NCBI RefSeq assembly: GCF_002113885.1 | Contig: NW_018406433.1 | Coordinates: forward strand, 50,215 to 114,214 | Reading direction: 5' to 3' | Length of the DNA: 64,000 bases | Origin: Mizuhopecten yessoensis | Lineage: Eukaryota | In this document: positions 37,430 to 52,000 of the stretch, piece after piece | How the letters are laid out: the number at the start of each line of letters is the position of its first letter | Position numbering within the stretch: the stretch's first letter is position 1 | Translations under genes and position numbers: made by a program | The notes under the pieces: generated by a model | What the model saw: only the letters and a program-made list of their open reading frames with translations | Database searches by the model: none | What the model was told of the DNA's origin: nothing

Positions 37430-39830
37430 CACAGAGTCGGAATTCCAAACATCTTTAGTATCTCAGATATAGGACGCGTCAAAGTTCTGTGCACGCATTC
37501 TGCTACGTTTAACGCGTTTTTATCCTTAGGATGTACAAGGTTATTGTGAAGTGTTTTGTGGGTGTTAACGGCTGCTGCTATGCCACAGCCGCTATATACT
37601 CTCTTGATCATTTCGGATATTAGTATATGAGATGACATCCTGACTTTTCATTGTGCTCTTATCCTTGATTGGCATTTCTTGTTCTTTACTTTGATGTGAT
37701 TCTGCTGTTGTATTCCTTTGGATTTGTGAGGCTTTATCACATATGTTAAGCAACGTGCGTACTGCGCCCAACGTATGGATGGTGAGATTTGGTGTTCAGA
37801 TATTGGTCCGTAGGGGTCTTTTAATAGACCACTACCTTCACGGTCCGTTAGATATCCAGGGGTTACGCTCAACTACGCCTAGGCACACCTGGAATATGTC
37901 ATAGCAAAATTCAGGAGGTACACCTCTGAGAAGTCAAACATTTCCTGTATTAAACTTTTTTTCTTATCTTGAATTTTGGAAAAAGGAGTTAATGGCATAG
38001 TAGAAAATACAAAAATACATATGTCCGTGTGTTCGTTTTTGTGCTATGATCGGTCAAAGATACCAATTTAACACAACATGTGATTTAAGGTGTTTTTTTG
38101 GGGTTTTGACCATTTGCGGAACAAATTCATACAATTTCTTCCAAGTGTGTTATCAGATATGTATGAATGTTTGTAGAATTGATAAAAATATTATTTTCTT
38201 TTACATTATGGAAGTAAAATTTCTTAATCTTATTCTTTTAACTCAGAAAGCCGATTTTAGTTACCCCTACCCCCTATTTTTTAATGAAAAAATACTATTT
38301 TTTTACCATTTTTTGCAGATTAAACGCTTGATTCATTAAATATTATAAAAAGTTCTGGTATTAAACTTTTTTTAATATTTAATGAATTAAAAGAAAATGT
38401 GTTTTTACCTCTTTCTAAAACATCCACAAAAATGGGGGGTCGGTGTGCTTCTTTTTTTGTCCCATTATCATTTGTGTTATTTTTTACCTTTTTCGGGGTC
38501 AAAAATCAAAAGTGCTTCAGTTACACTAAAATTTTGTTTTTTTATCAATAATGTATAATTTTCAAGTTTATTGCATATTTTTTTTATCATATTAAACATT
38601 ATAAAGTTGTACAGCAAAATAGAACCTGATATAATTAAAAATGGCGACACAATGACAACTTAAGTGATCAATCTAGTGTCTAAAAAGGTGAATTTTTTGC
38701 CTTTTTTGAAGCCCAAGAAATTCACATTAATACACATTTTCAAAATGGCCGCCGAATAGGTATTCTTTTTAAATTCTCGTAAAAAAAGTGCTACAAACAA
38801 CAGACATCTAGTTTTTTGACATGTTTTTCAAATGCGTGTTTGCTAATAAACTTGATCATAATTTGTTAAATATTACAAAAACCCGTTACACCAGATCAAA
38901 ACGAGACTTGAACGTGATTGAAACCTCAGAAGAGTACATCCTTAAAGGTAAGCGGCTAGCTCTTTAATTGGTCTCGGGTAAAAAAAAAATACTGTCCAAT
39001 CGCTGGGCTAATGACTGTCCTTTGAATATTACAGAGGAGCGACACAAAACTTCAGAATAAATTAAGTTTACCGTTACACGGCCGCAACATTCGATGTACA
39101 TCCTGTGGCGCGGAGAGCGTAGGTTAGCGTAATCCCATATAGTTTCGAGGATTGGTTTCGTTGCATTTCTTTACCAACAGAGTGGCTAGGAATGGCTTCG
39201 TGCCGTTGGTTTCTCCCTCGCGTGTGAATTTGATGCTGTTTGTGACATATATGGTGTTGATATGGTTGTTCATATCCTCCTATGGCCCTTTCATGATTAT
39301 AAATAGCATGGCGTTCTTACACTCTATGGAGGCAGTGGTTATTGATTCGTGCTCCAGATGTAATTAACAAATTGGCCACAATGGGAGACACTGGTCTACC
39401 CATAGCAGCGCTGAATTAAGTGTTGCTGATAGATGGTATCTCAGAAACATAAATATGTAGTTGTCCGCACATATTCCAGTAAATCCATGACGTCTGAATC
39501 TGGAGATTTGTGTTTTAGGCCAGAATCTGCTAATTCTAAGCATCTTTGAATCATTCTAAGAGCATCGTCAATTGTAGGTAAAGAGAGAGAGGGCATCATG
39601 AGAAATGAATCCAAAGTCTCTCTGAATCAGGATCGTGGACAAAGTTTCCGCGAAATGTTTAGTTCTTGCAACTGACATGTTGTTCCGATTTACCGACCAG
39701 CGGTATAAGAATGTTTGTTAAAGAAAAGCGTAGCGTAGCGTTTTGTTGGTTTGACTTGTCATTTCGTACATGTATAACAACTACATGGTTTTGGCGATTT
39801 TATATTTTGGTATCTCGTACATGTTTTGTA
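37430..39830 (-). mobile_element. Decayed Penelope-like element (RT and approach to GIY-YIG), split by a TIR element
   Basis: 39830-39130 gives LTNILIPLVGKSEQHV, KHFAETL...FISHDALSLFT, DVMDLLEYVRTTTYLCF, AMGRPVSPIVANL and INTIYVTNSIKFTREGETNGTKPFL. 37870-37430 gives KTLHNNLVHPKDK. Broken by stops and frameshifts. Confidence 0.75.
37914..38941. mobile_element. Non-autonomous TIR DNA transposon, Kolobok-like (TTAA target)
   Basis: Left GGAGGTACACCTCTGAG versus reverse complement of right end GGATGTACTCTTCTGAG; flanks ttca and ttaa; AT-rich non-coding interior. Confidence 0.6.
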
Positions 39831-40129
39831 CACCTTTGTGTACATACCCTTCGCCGGCCGTACGTACCGTACTAGTCGTTGAAACGTCACCCAAATACTT
39901 AGATGGTTGTGCTACATGGTCCTTCTACCATTCACGCCAAACACTGGCAATACCTGATTTCTACTGTCCTTTCATAGTCCAAAAAAACATACAAAACCTG
40001 GCTCTTCGAAAGGCTTCTCAGAATTGCCCAGGTTTCAACATCATCAACCATGACCCGCTCCACTATGACTCATTTTCTGACTTTTGGTACGTAAGGAATC
40101 GTGTCATACTTTAGTTTTGCTCAAAACCC

Positions 40130-42350
40130 CAATACCACTACTCACACCACCACTCACACCACTACTCACACAGCCACTCACACAGCGACTCACACCACTA
40201 CTCACACAGCCACTCGCACAGCCACTCACACCACTACTCACCCCACCACTCACACAGCTACTCACACCCCCACTCACACCACTACGCACACAGCCACTCA
40301 CCCAGCCACTCACACCACTACTCACACCACCCCTCACACAGCTACTCACCCCCCCCCTCACACCACCACTCACACAGCCTCTCACACCACTACTCACACA
40401 GCCACTCGCACAGCCACTCACACCACTACTCACACCACCGCTCACACCACTACTCACACAGCCACTCACACAGCCCCTCACACCACTACTCACACCACCA
40501 CCCACACAGCTACTCACACCACCACTCACACCACTACACACACAGCCACTCACACAGCCACTCCCACCACCACTCACACAGCCACTCACACCGCCACTCA
40601 CACCACCACTCACCCAGCCACTCACACAGCCACTCACACAGCCACCCACACCACTACTCACACAGCCACTCGCACAGCCACTCACACCACTACTCACCCA
40701 GCCCCTCACACAGCCACTCACACCACTACACACACAGCCACTCACACAGCCACTCCCACCACCACTCACACCACCACTCACACTACCCCTCACACCACCC
40801 CTCACACAGCCACTCACACAGCCACCCACACCACTACTCACACAGCCACTCGCACAGCCACTCACACCACTACTCACACCACCACCCACACAGCCACTCA
40901 CACCACCACTCACACAACAACTCACACCACCACTCACACCACAACTCACACCACCACTCACACCACCACTCACACTACCCCTCACACCACCACTCACACA
41001 GCCACTCACACCACTACTCACACAGTCACTCACACCACCACTCACACAGTCACTCACACCACCACTCACACCTCCACTCACACCACTACTCACACCACCA
41101 CTCACACCACAACTCACACCACCACTCACACCACCACTCACACAGCCCCTCACACCACCACTCACACCACCACTCACACTACTACTCACACCACCACTCA
41201 CACAGCCACTCACACAACAACTCACACCACTACTCACACAACCACTCACACAGCCACTCACACAGCCACTCACACCACCACCCACACAACAACTCACACC
41301 ACCACTCACACCACAACTCACACCACCACTCACACCACCACTCACACCACTACTCACACCACCACTCACACCACTACTCACACAGCCACTCACACCACCA
41401 CTCACACAGCCACTCACACAGCCGCTCACACCACCACTCACCCCACCACTCCCACAACAACTCACACCACCACCCACCCAGTCACTCACCCCACCACTCA
41501 CCCAGCCACTCACACAGCCACTCCCACAGCCACTCACACAGCAACTCACACAACAACTCACCCCATTACTCACACCACAACCCACACCCCCACTCACACA
41601 ACAACCCACACCATTACTCACACAGCCACTTACACCACCACTCACACAGCCTCTCACACCACCACTCACCCAGCCACTCACACCCCCACCCACACCGCCA
41701 CTCACACCCCCACCCACACCGCCACTCACACCACTCCCCGCACAGCCACTCACACCACTGCTCACACAGTCACTCACACCACCACTCACACAACAACTCA
41801 CACCATTACTCACACAACAACTCACACCATTACTCACACCACAACTCACACCACCACTCACACCACCACTCACACTACTACTCACACCACCACTCACACA
41901 GCCACTCACACCACTACTCACACCACCACTCACACCACTACTCACACCGCCACTCACACACCCACTCACACCACCACTCACACACACACTCCCCCCCCCC
42001 CTCACACCACTACTCACACAGCCACTCACACAGCCACTCACACCACCACTCACACACCCACTCACACCACCACTCACACACACACTCACACCACCACTCA
42101 CACCACTACTCACACAGCCACTCACACAGCCACTCACACCACTACTCACACAGCCACTTACACCACCACTCACACAGCCACTCACACCGATACTCACACC
42201 GTCACTCACACATCCACTCACACCACTACTCACACCACCACTCACACATCCACTCACACCACCACTTACACCACCACCACTTACACCACCACCACCACCA
42301 CCACTCACACAGCCACTCACACCACCACTCACACAACACTCACACAGCCA
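40130..42350. repeat. 12-bp CA-rich minisatellite (acaccaccactc / acacagccactc)
   Basis: About 185 degenerate 12-mers. The three ~750-aa ORFs (TPPL, THTT, GVSG) are all open at once because of the repeat. Confidence 0.93.
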
Positions 42351-42584
42351 CTATTTATGAACACAATTTACTTTCTCACGCACCCATCAAAACTTTATCA
42401 TCCTACGCCTCACAACTGTTGACACACCAGAGTTCCTCTATATTGATGGCAATCTATACCACACCCAATTGTCACACTCTCAACTTCCCACATGCGCACT
42501 TACTACTTTCTACCGAATATGTCGTTCACTTTGCTTTATCTTCTTTTGTCAAATCATCTTGTATTTCGGCGATTATCTTCAACA

Positions 42585-42624
<40 letters not shown>

Positions 42625-42904
42625 AGAGTGTGTGAAGTCCCGTTGAGACTTAATGTTTGTTGAGAATTTACTGTTCCTGTATAAATGGAGTGTCAACATA
42701 TAACCTACTTCTTATTGAGTACTTAACATAATCTCCTTGGTTCCTTACGATTGTCTGAATGGACAAATGGTACTTTTGCCTTGTTCGAATACCTTGTCGA
42801 TGTTCTGTCAGGTCTGATACATTTTACGTTCCTCCTAGACAAGTACAAAAAGAATATTTAACACATTTCTATTCTCCATTGTCCTCAGTAAAGAAAATGC
42901 CTCT

Positions 42905-43168
42905 CCTCATTCCTCCTTGTATGGTGACACTGTGCTCATTCTTCCTTGTATGGTGACACTATGCTCATTCTTCCTTGTATGGTGACACTCTCCTCATTCT
43001 TCCTTGTATGGTGACACTATGCTCATTCTTCCTTGTATGATGACACTATGCTCATTCTTCCTTGTATGGTAACACTATGCTCATTCTTCCTTGTATGATG
43101 ACACTATGCTCATCCTTCCTTGTATGGTGACACTATGCTCATTCTTCCTTGTATGGTGACACTGTGCT
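42905..43168. repeat. 30-bp minisatellite
   Basis: (ctcattcttccttgtatggtgacactatg)-type units, about 9 copies. Confidence 0.9.
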
Positions 43169-43764
43169 CGTTTTCGGAAGTATCGGCTACTGATACGAGG
43201 TTACATCTCCATGTATAGAAATTTGTCAAAAGGTTAAAAAGAGGAGAAATCGTATTCAAGTCTTTATCTGAATCTGGTATATAGCAGTTAGTTATTAGCA
43301 GGTAACGTTAATAATAACCAGCATTTGACATGGTGATTTTCGTTGTTTGTCTACTATCTCCGGAGAAAGTACTACCACAAGACAACCATCCTTGTCGAAT
43401 CAACCACTGGGTCAGATTGTGAACTCCTCACGAGTACATTTTCCCTGACCACGGGACAATTGTCACTTATGTAGATTCTTTCCCACTGTAAAAATCGATT
43501 GGTCAATTATTTTCTATTCTCATTTAACTCCAACAAACCTCCCAATTATCCAACCAACACAGTAAATCTGTATCTTCTACAAGAGTACAGAGTACAACAT
43601 TGTCAACACATCCTTACTTGTTGGTGAGCCATCGTGGGTATTTCTATGTTCTGAAATTAGGACGATTAAAAGATGATAGGAATTAAATTTGAAAATGAGA
43701 AAGTTGTGAAAATACTCAAAGATGAATAAGCAACCAAATCTCAAAGTATTCGGCTAATAAAAAG

Positions 43765-44318
43765 CAAGAGGCCCATGGGCCTTAACGGTCACCCGAGTCC
43801 TACAGTATTTATTTTTGTTGTTGAAATATGTGCCAATTTGAGTAAAAAATAGTTAAGTATAACGTTAACTTAAGTTTGTCAGGACCATGAGCTGATCATT
43901 CCTAGACCGAGTTTCAGTTAAATCGGCCTAATAGAACTTGTTTTTAAGTTTGAAATAGTTATTTTCAAAAAAGCGGCCGTGGCAGCCAAATTGTATTTCT
44001 GATTGACCCGAAAAAAACAAATTTGTCAGGACCATACGTCGATCATTCCTACCAAGCTTCAGTTCAATCGGCCCAGCAGAATTGACTTTAAGTTTGAAAT
44101 AGTTTTTCAAAATGGCGGCCGTGGCGGCCATATTGGATTTCTGATCGACCCGAAAAATAACAACACTTGGTCAGGGAGATGTCAGTAACCTTCCCATGAA
44201 ATATTAATGAAATCCCTTTGCCAGTATTTCAGCTTAAGTTGAAAATGTAAAATGTTAACAGACGACGGACGAAGGTGGATAGCAATAGGTCACTTGAGCT
44301 AAAGCTCAGGTGACCTAA
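43765..44318 (-). mobile_element. Complete short HINE, family B, reverse orientation
   Basis: Reverse complement of 4790-5918 with both ends present but only about 2-3 internal ~120-bp units. Confidence 0.82.
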
Positions 44319-44429
44319 AAACCAGCGGAAAATTAAGCAAACCCAACATGGAAATGTACAGTTTGTCAATGGAAAACTGAAAAGATATCACAGATTTATC
44401 AGTGCTATACGCTAAAAAGGAAGTGTATT

Positions 44430-45070
44430 CATCGACGGAAATCACCGAGCAATGAGGCTAGTGGGTGTTTTTTCAGGAGGCCCATAGCATTATGAATGGA
44501 AAGAAGCCTTAGACTAAGTTTTCGGTAAAGAGAGTATGTAAGTACACTAAGGAAAGGCATTCGGTACAGAACCGCGCGATAGACTGATAAGCCCAAGGTG
44601 CAAGGAATCAATGGAGATATTCTTGCATTAAATATATCTGGTGGTTAATTTACAGGTAGAGACATTTGAAGACGTCACAAAAATGTCAAAAATTAAGATC
44701 AATAGAAAACACGGAGTTTTACTGGTAGTAAATCCACTTGAAATTTGCCAGAGAAGTAGAACTTGGTTACCCTTGGTAGGGGAAACAGGGATGTTACTAT
44801 CAAGAAAGGGAACTCTCACGCAACGGACTGATGTGGGAAGGTCTGTAGTGTCCTTGATTCCAGGTTTAGAAGGGTATACAGCTCGATTTGGTCAATACAT
44901 TTCTTGTTACTTTAAGACAAGACATCTTCGATATATATGTATCTGAAAGTGAAATTGGAGGACGTGGCAAGGTTTTCTTTAACAGTTCCAATTACCTCTT
45001 CAGTGAATTCATCTCAATGTGAAAACAAAAGTAAGTCTTCTCCAGGAGACTGGAAAATCTTGCAATGTGT
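44430..45070 (-). mobile_element. Decayed Penelope-like RT relic (Naiad/Chlamys-like lineage)
   Basis: Broken frames give DLLLFSH*DEF...LATSSNFTFRYI.EDVLS (FRYIDD core), YPSKPGIKDTTD, PFLDSNIPVSPT and ISPLI. Confidence 0.65.
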
Positions 45071-47157
45071 TGTCATTTATCATCCTAAGTGTGTCGTATT
45101 TTTCACACCAAAAAAACTTCCAAATATTAATTCAACATAAATAATGTATCTCTTCACCACGATCTGTAAATCTAAGTCATTCAAATGTTACTGATCACTT
45201 TGTGTACAACGATCTGTAGATATATAAAGTTGTGGCTATTCTATAAACAAGAAAACACACTATATCCCAATGTAAGTTTAATAAGAAATTAATAAAAGCA
45301 TACAAGAAACAGCTGTGTCCAACAGTTGACCACACGAATACAGCCCACAGTACGATACAGCCATACCAAGATCACCAAATTGTATAATTAAAATATTTAA
45401 AGGAAGTCAGCAGGATTTCTAAGTAATTTGATTACATCATTAAAATAATACATTAGAAATTGTAAAAGTCATGAGAAGTATATGAGGTAAAAAAAATACA
45501 AACTCAATAATCAATAATAAAACAACATCCGTAATTGTACTACACTTACAAACAAAATCCTAGTATAAATTAAGATATAACATGTTTTATACAATAATAA
45601 AAACCAGTCTGGAATTGTGAAGAAATGATACAAGGGACATTAAAAATGCCACGGATAGAGATGTTAGTTATGGAGTAGTATACCTACTCTAATTATATAT
45701 TAACTCTTATTGGTATTAGTCTTATCAAGGTCAGTGTTGTAGTTTTGAAGCCTCTGTTCAATGGTACCCTCCCTATACCTGTACTTTTTAACTATTGGGA
45801 CAGCCACGTGGCACATTTACTATCAACTACGTGAAAGAACTTTGTAAAACCTCAGCCTTGAATTTTTCCTTGTGTAACAGACCTGGTAGGCCTATCCGTA
45901 GCTATTCTGAGACGATTATAATTAGAGTGAGATTAATGTAAACTACATTGTTTGACATTAAGTCTGGTATTGGACTGATGTTTCCACGGACAACAGTATA
46001 CAGCATAGAACAACCGCCGTCGGTAGTGTTTACTTTATTTTATCAGTCTAATCGATTTGTCGCTTAATCCTGTTGTTGTTCAGTTCTCTGTAGGATACAT
46101 CATCATCTGTTTCAACAATTATTTAACAGTTATACGTATTTCTGAAGATATACACGTGTATGTAGCGAAAGTTTAAAACTTTCTTGAATTATAGATAATG
46201 TTCATGATGTATACTGTCATGTGCTCCTCCCTTCCAGCTCTCAAGCTTAGAACATTGTTCATGCATGTAAATTAATAAAGATATCATTTTCCAATCAATT
46301 TATGGAAATCAATTAATGATAAACCAATTAAAGATAAACCAATACTGCAGAGAGTTACTAGGCATTTACTGGGCATTCAAGAATACCTTGGGCCATAATA
46401 ATTATTTTTTGGAGTGACCAACATAAAACGTCTTGGCATCTCAATAGTTGGTTTTGCTATTCTTTTGATATGTCATGCCAAATATATATGGCGCAAGAGT
46501 TAGATAGGACATTTCAAAGTTCTAATACAGGCTTTTGTTCCTATTCCCATGGGATACAAAAATTATCCCTTAGTAGGATTTTTCAATTATTTTTTCTGTT
46601 AAGGTACGATATCATATTCTGCTGCAATTAGTTTGATGTTTTGGCAATTGTTTCCTATAAAATGTCGGAGATTTCCAATAAAATACAGGCATGACAACAC
46701 CGTATTTGGTCCCTTATAAACCAGTTCAGCAGATGTAATACTGAGTAACTATGTAGACATTAAACACTTGACATTTATCTCATTCAATGTGGTGATTTCA
46801 TGTAATCGTACAAGTACATAAAGGATTCTCAGAACTTTTGATTAAAGTATGAAAAAAAATCATATAAAAATGAGTAATACGTACTAGGGAATGTATGTAT
46901 CGGAGATGTCAGTAAAACCAAGGTCCTATAAATACACCAATATCACACAGACATAATGTAAACCTAATAATCTAGTTAATGGCAATAATAAAATCTACAC
47001 AACCAGTCTGTACAATATAACCCCTTCACCTGGACATGATGGCTGGCCCTTAGTATTACACTGACTTTATTGGACTAGTTAACTCGGGACGATATTTTTT
47101 CGTCCTGTAAATTGCGGGTGACATTTTCGAGAACATGTACTACCCTTTACTATTTAA

Positions 47158-47803
47158 AGGGTCCTGGTCGGGGGAAAAATACAAAATAAATGGGTCTAAA
47201 TGCGTTTTCTGGCCTTCCAAAAGTTAGACCACGGCAATATGATGGTCGAGTTCTGCTTGCAATGTCCAGTTTTGACCACTGAAATCTCGGGGAAGCCCCG
47301 CGTAAATTTAGCGCATATCTATTTATATATGTCACGTGGTTGTTTCGAAAGTGAGGCAGTGAAGATAACAACAATAGCACGCCGTCATGTGCCATGTCGG
47401 ACTCAACTAGTGGACAAGACAGCAATACTATACGTAAATAATTGTTTTCAAAGGTCATGTATGATGCAAGTGTAATATTCCTACCTATGCGTTGTTGTTA
47501 TATATAACGGTATTGATACCTCGTGGCTGTCATGACTTTTGCATGCATCTTTTTCTTTCGCCACGATGTTTGCATTTGACCTTGTTGATGACGCGCGTTC
47601 GGTAAATTTACATCACTGATCTGGGTCAATTGAGAGTTTTAGACTGTCAGGTGACGATTAAGGATTTCTTTAATATAATTATATTTTTTACACTTATTGA
47701 GTGAATTTCAGCAAAATTTGAATCGGTATATTTCATAAGAAGGTATTTTAAGCATGTGTATGCCATTTTAGCAAATATGACATTTTTTCCCCGACCAACC
47801 CCT
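47158..47803. mobile_element. Non-autonomous TIR element, Kolobok-like
   Basis: Left ttaa|AGGGTCCTGGTCGGGGGAAAAAT; right TTTTTTCCCCGACCAACCCCT|ctaa. Confidence 0.55.
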
Positions 47804-47924
47804 CTAACATTCTGATGTTTGTGTCAACAGGCCAACATGTCCGACTGATGAGGCTACACTATACTTCATAACAAGTATAACTATATCAGAAGTATATAAC
47901 ATGTATCTCACACCGTCAATCAAT

Positions 47925-48410
47925 ATACAGTCACAGCACTCTCTATTGTTACAGTCAGAGCACTCTCTATTGTTACAGCTTCAGCACTCTCTATTGTTAC
48001 AGTCACAGCACTCTCTATTGTTACAGCTTCAGCACTCTCTAGTGTTACAGCTTCAGCACTCTCTATTGTTACAGCTTCAGTACTCTCTAGTGTTACAGCT
48101 TCAGCTCTTTCCAATATTACAGCTTCAGCACTCTCTATTGTTACAGCTTCAGCACTCTCTATTGTTACAGCTTCAGCACTCTCTATTGTTACAACTTCAG
48201 CTCTTTCCAATATTACAGCTTCAGCACTCTCTATTGTTACAGCTTCAGCACTCTCTATTGTTACAGCTTCAGCACTCTCTATTGTTACAACTTCAGCTCT
48301 TTCCAATATTACAGCTTCAGCACTCTCTATTGTTACAGCTTCAGCACTCTCTATTGTTACAGCTTCAGCACTCTCTATTGTTACAGCTTCAGCTCTTTCC
48401 AATATTATAG
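47925..48410. repeat. 24-bp minisatellite with higher-order pattern
   Basis: (cagcttcagcactctctattgtta)n with a variant unit (ctctttccaatatta) every 4th copy, giving a 96-bp HOR. Confidence 0.92.
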
Positions 48411-49049
48411 CTGAAGCACTAAACAATACGGACACATTCTGACAACTTCGTATAAAAACGTCATTGAACACGGTAACAGATTGTGGTGATCTGTTTAAAA
48501 AAAGTACAGTACTATTTATCCCAACAAACTTTGAAAACAGAAAATCTGCTTTAGATTGAGATATTTCGCATCAAAAACAATCTTATATATGAAACGTCTA
48601 TTCAATATAAATTCTAAATTCTTCTAAATTTGTATAATCAGTCCAAAGATATAACATTCTTTCAGAAACACCTAATCTCAATTTTCCTGTAAAAAGCTAA
48701 GTACAAATAACTGTAAGATGGTTCTTGACTAAGACGTAACGTCACAGATACCGCCCTTTGCTACTGGCATCATATAAAACTTCACTTTTGTAGCATCTAA
48801 CAGAATGGAAGTCCATCAGTATTTTTCACCTTTTACTACTGGCATAATACAACACTTTTCTACCGTCCAACTAAATGGAAGACCATCAGACAGTAGAATC
48901 CGCCCTAACCCACTGTCAATACAAAACTTCACAGATATTAACCCTTTCACCCCAAGTAACTTAAGAAGACTCTACCATGAACTTATCTGGAAGAGTTCAG
49001 AAGTAAAAGGGTTAATCGTCAGTGTCATTGCCAGCGTATTCCGTGACCT

Positions 49050-52000
49050 TTACACAAGGTTGTCGTCATGGTGTTCGGATGAGTAGGCGGGGTTGTTGAT
49101 AGTGACAGATCTAGTGTTGGAGTGAGCCATGGCCCCTGGAGGTGGGGCATACAGTCTACTACCCGTTGCCTCTGTATAGGAGAGGCGATGCCCCTGATGA
49201 TGGCCCTCCCCCATGGTGGTGCCGTTTCCCTCGGGGGCTGCTAGGAACTTAACGCTGAGTGCGTTAGACGTCAGCTGCTCGTCTCTCTGCTTCTGCAGTG
49301 TCTGTCTCAGAGTGCGGCGTTTCTGTGGATATACGAAGTCACTGTGGTTACAAGCAGTCTTTCTAACTAATCAAAGAACTGACGTAAAACTTAAATATAA
49401 TGCCAATAGTCGATATATCTTTATAGCCAATATTGACCTCGTTTAGAATCATCAGATCAAGCCCTAATTATATATCTCTTATTACTTTTACTGCTGTTAC
49501 ACTGATTTTATCAAAGCATGTGGCGGTTTTCGATATCCAAGTGATACAACATCCAGATCGTCAACACTTTTATAATACCTTGCTTTGAACATGTAAAAAA
49601 GATTTCACCTTTATCAACCATTCTAGATAGACATTAAATTCGATTATTCCTTCCATTAAATAGTTACATCTTGCGAACAACTGATTAAGGAAGAAAGACA
49701 CTGTTTCTTAGTCACCGTGGAAGTAAGAGGACAAACGCCGGTCTTGTATGAACAAGAAGGTGACATCATTTCGTTCAGCTATGTAACGCACATATGCAGT
49801 TTCTGTTGTATGATGTGTGGAGCAAGCTAGCACCAGATGAGCATACACGAAAGCATTAAGGGATGATCTTGAGGGATTACTTTTGCCCCCGTTCTATTCC
49901 GATATTAGTGATTGTTCTATGTAAGCCAATGCTTACTAGAAAGGTGAGGTAAGGAAGCCTCCATATATAAATGTACTAAGTCTATAGAGAAAGCCAAGCA
50001 ATACCAACATTTACTGTACCTTACGGCCATTTACTGTACCTGTACCGTACGGCCATTTCTTCCGTCTGGGACTCACCAGTGGTAGGAAGGTTAAAAGAAT
50101 GAAAATCCAAACCTACCGTGGTCTGAATCGTGTAGAAATACAGAAAACTATTCGAATTGTCAGGGAAACGTAAGGGAACAAGGCCATTTAACATGTGAGC
50201 ATGTTGGTAAGCATGACCTATGTCGGACAGAACTTACCATTAATACAACCAAGTCACACCAGCGTCTCAATATAAGTGATTCACCTTTATATCGGTCGTC
50301 TTAAACAGTATATCAGTTGTTCGATAAACCAAATGGTAAAGGACGGAAAATACATGTCCCGATTTATTGGTTTGAATGGTTGATAACGGTGAACGGGTTG
50401 TTATTCGTGGACTTGATCAAACCGACAAATTTGGTCATCAGTATAATGAACAGCTGTGTTCTTGAAAACCCGCTCATTGATATAAATAGAACAGTAACGT
50501 GTCGGGGACAACGAGAGACATCCGAGAGTACCATTGTTATCAAGTGTTTTGAAGCGTCATCGCTTTCTACTATTTCCCCGTGAACGAGATCACATGTCTA
50601 GCCAAAGGGTATTGTAGGCTTCCGGAATACTTCTATACAAAACAATGCTACGATCTTTAATTGTCGATACAAGTGGACCTATCTAGGTTGTGGTTGATGC
50701 GCTCAGGGAAGTTTTTTTCCCCAATAAGGAAACTCCTAGTAAATCAAAACGACAGCCGATGTCAATTTACTTGATACGTGAAAGTGAAAGTCGGCTGACA
50801 AGATGAATAAATGTCAAGGACATGGAGTGTTAAGGTTCTGTTGAGGTCACGATAGACAATGTCAGTGGAACAGGTACACACGTCAAGGTCTAATCGTGTT
50901 AAAGGTGATTGTTTTGGTTGATTTTTGTGATGATGACTACGTGTGTCACATTTTTATTTCAAGTGAAAAACAAAATCAGTGAAAGGAATAAAAGAAGAAG
51001 GAACAAAGTCAGTGATAACGGCAAGTTTGGCATATATAACTGCAATTCCGTTAACTGCAATTGCGTTTCCTGCAATGGTCACTGTTTTCAAAAACATATA
51101 TATATATGTGAACAAGTGGCAATGTCAAATTGCCATACTATTGACACATCAGACAAATAAGAACAGACTACGTATCGTTTTGGCAAACATTTTAATTACT
51201 GTGCATCTTAAAGTAGTACAAATCGTACAGATGACAAACATTCGATGAGTAAGGACATGGGAACAAACATCCTCGGAGACGGGACACGGAGACAAACATC
51301 CTCGGAGCGGGACATGGGAACAAACATCCTCGGAGACGGGACACGGAGACAAACATCCTCGGAGACGGGACATGGGGACAAACATCCTCGGAGATGGGAC
51401 ATGGGGACAACCATCCTCGGAGATGGGACATGGTGACAAACATCCTCGGAGACGGGACAAGGGGACAAACATCCTCGGAGACGTGACATGGTGACAAACA
51501 TCCTCGGAGACGGGACATGGGGACAACCATCCTCGGAGACAGGACATGGTGACAAACATCCTCGGAGACGGGACATGGTGACAAACATCCTCGGAGACGG
51601 GACATGGTGACAAACATCCTCCGAGACGGGACATGGGGACAACCATCCTCGGAGATGGGACACGGAGACAAACATCCTCGGAGACGGGACATGGGAACAA
51701 ACATCCTCGGAGACGGGACATGGTGACAAACATCCTCGGAGATGGGACATGGGGACAACCATCCTCGGAGACGGGACATGGTGACAAACATCCTCGGAGA
51801 CGGGACATGGTGACAAACATCTTCGGAGACGGGATATGGGGACAAACATTCTCGGAGAAGGGACATGGTGACAAACATCCTCGGAGACGGGACATGGGGA
51901 CAAACATCCTCGGAGACGGGACAAGGGGACAAACATCCTCGGAGAAGGGACATGGGGACAAACATCCTCGGAGACGGGACATGGTGACAAACATCCTCGG

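Noticed and set aside
40084-42422. Three ~750-aa ORFs resembling mucin/extensin (TPPL, THTT) or Gly-rich proteins
   Set aside because: All three are translations of a 12-bp CA-rich minisatellite open in several frames on both strands; there is no signal peptide, unique domain or splice context.
42440-42900. Possible N-terminal continuation of the Penelope relic
   Set aside because: Similarity is too weak to support by eye; needs TBLASTX.
50230-50640. Additional GluN1 cassette exon ending at the donor-like atg|gtaagt near 50237
   Set aside because: I could not find an acceptor giving a stop-free, phase-compatible frame.
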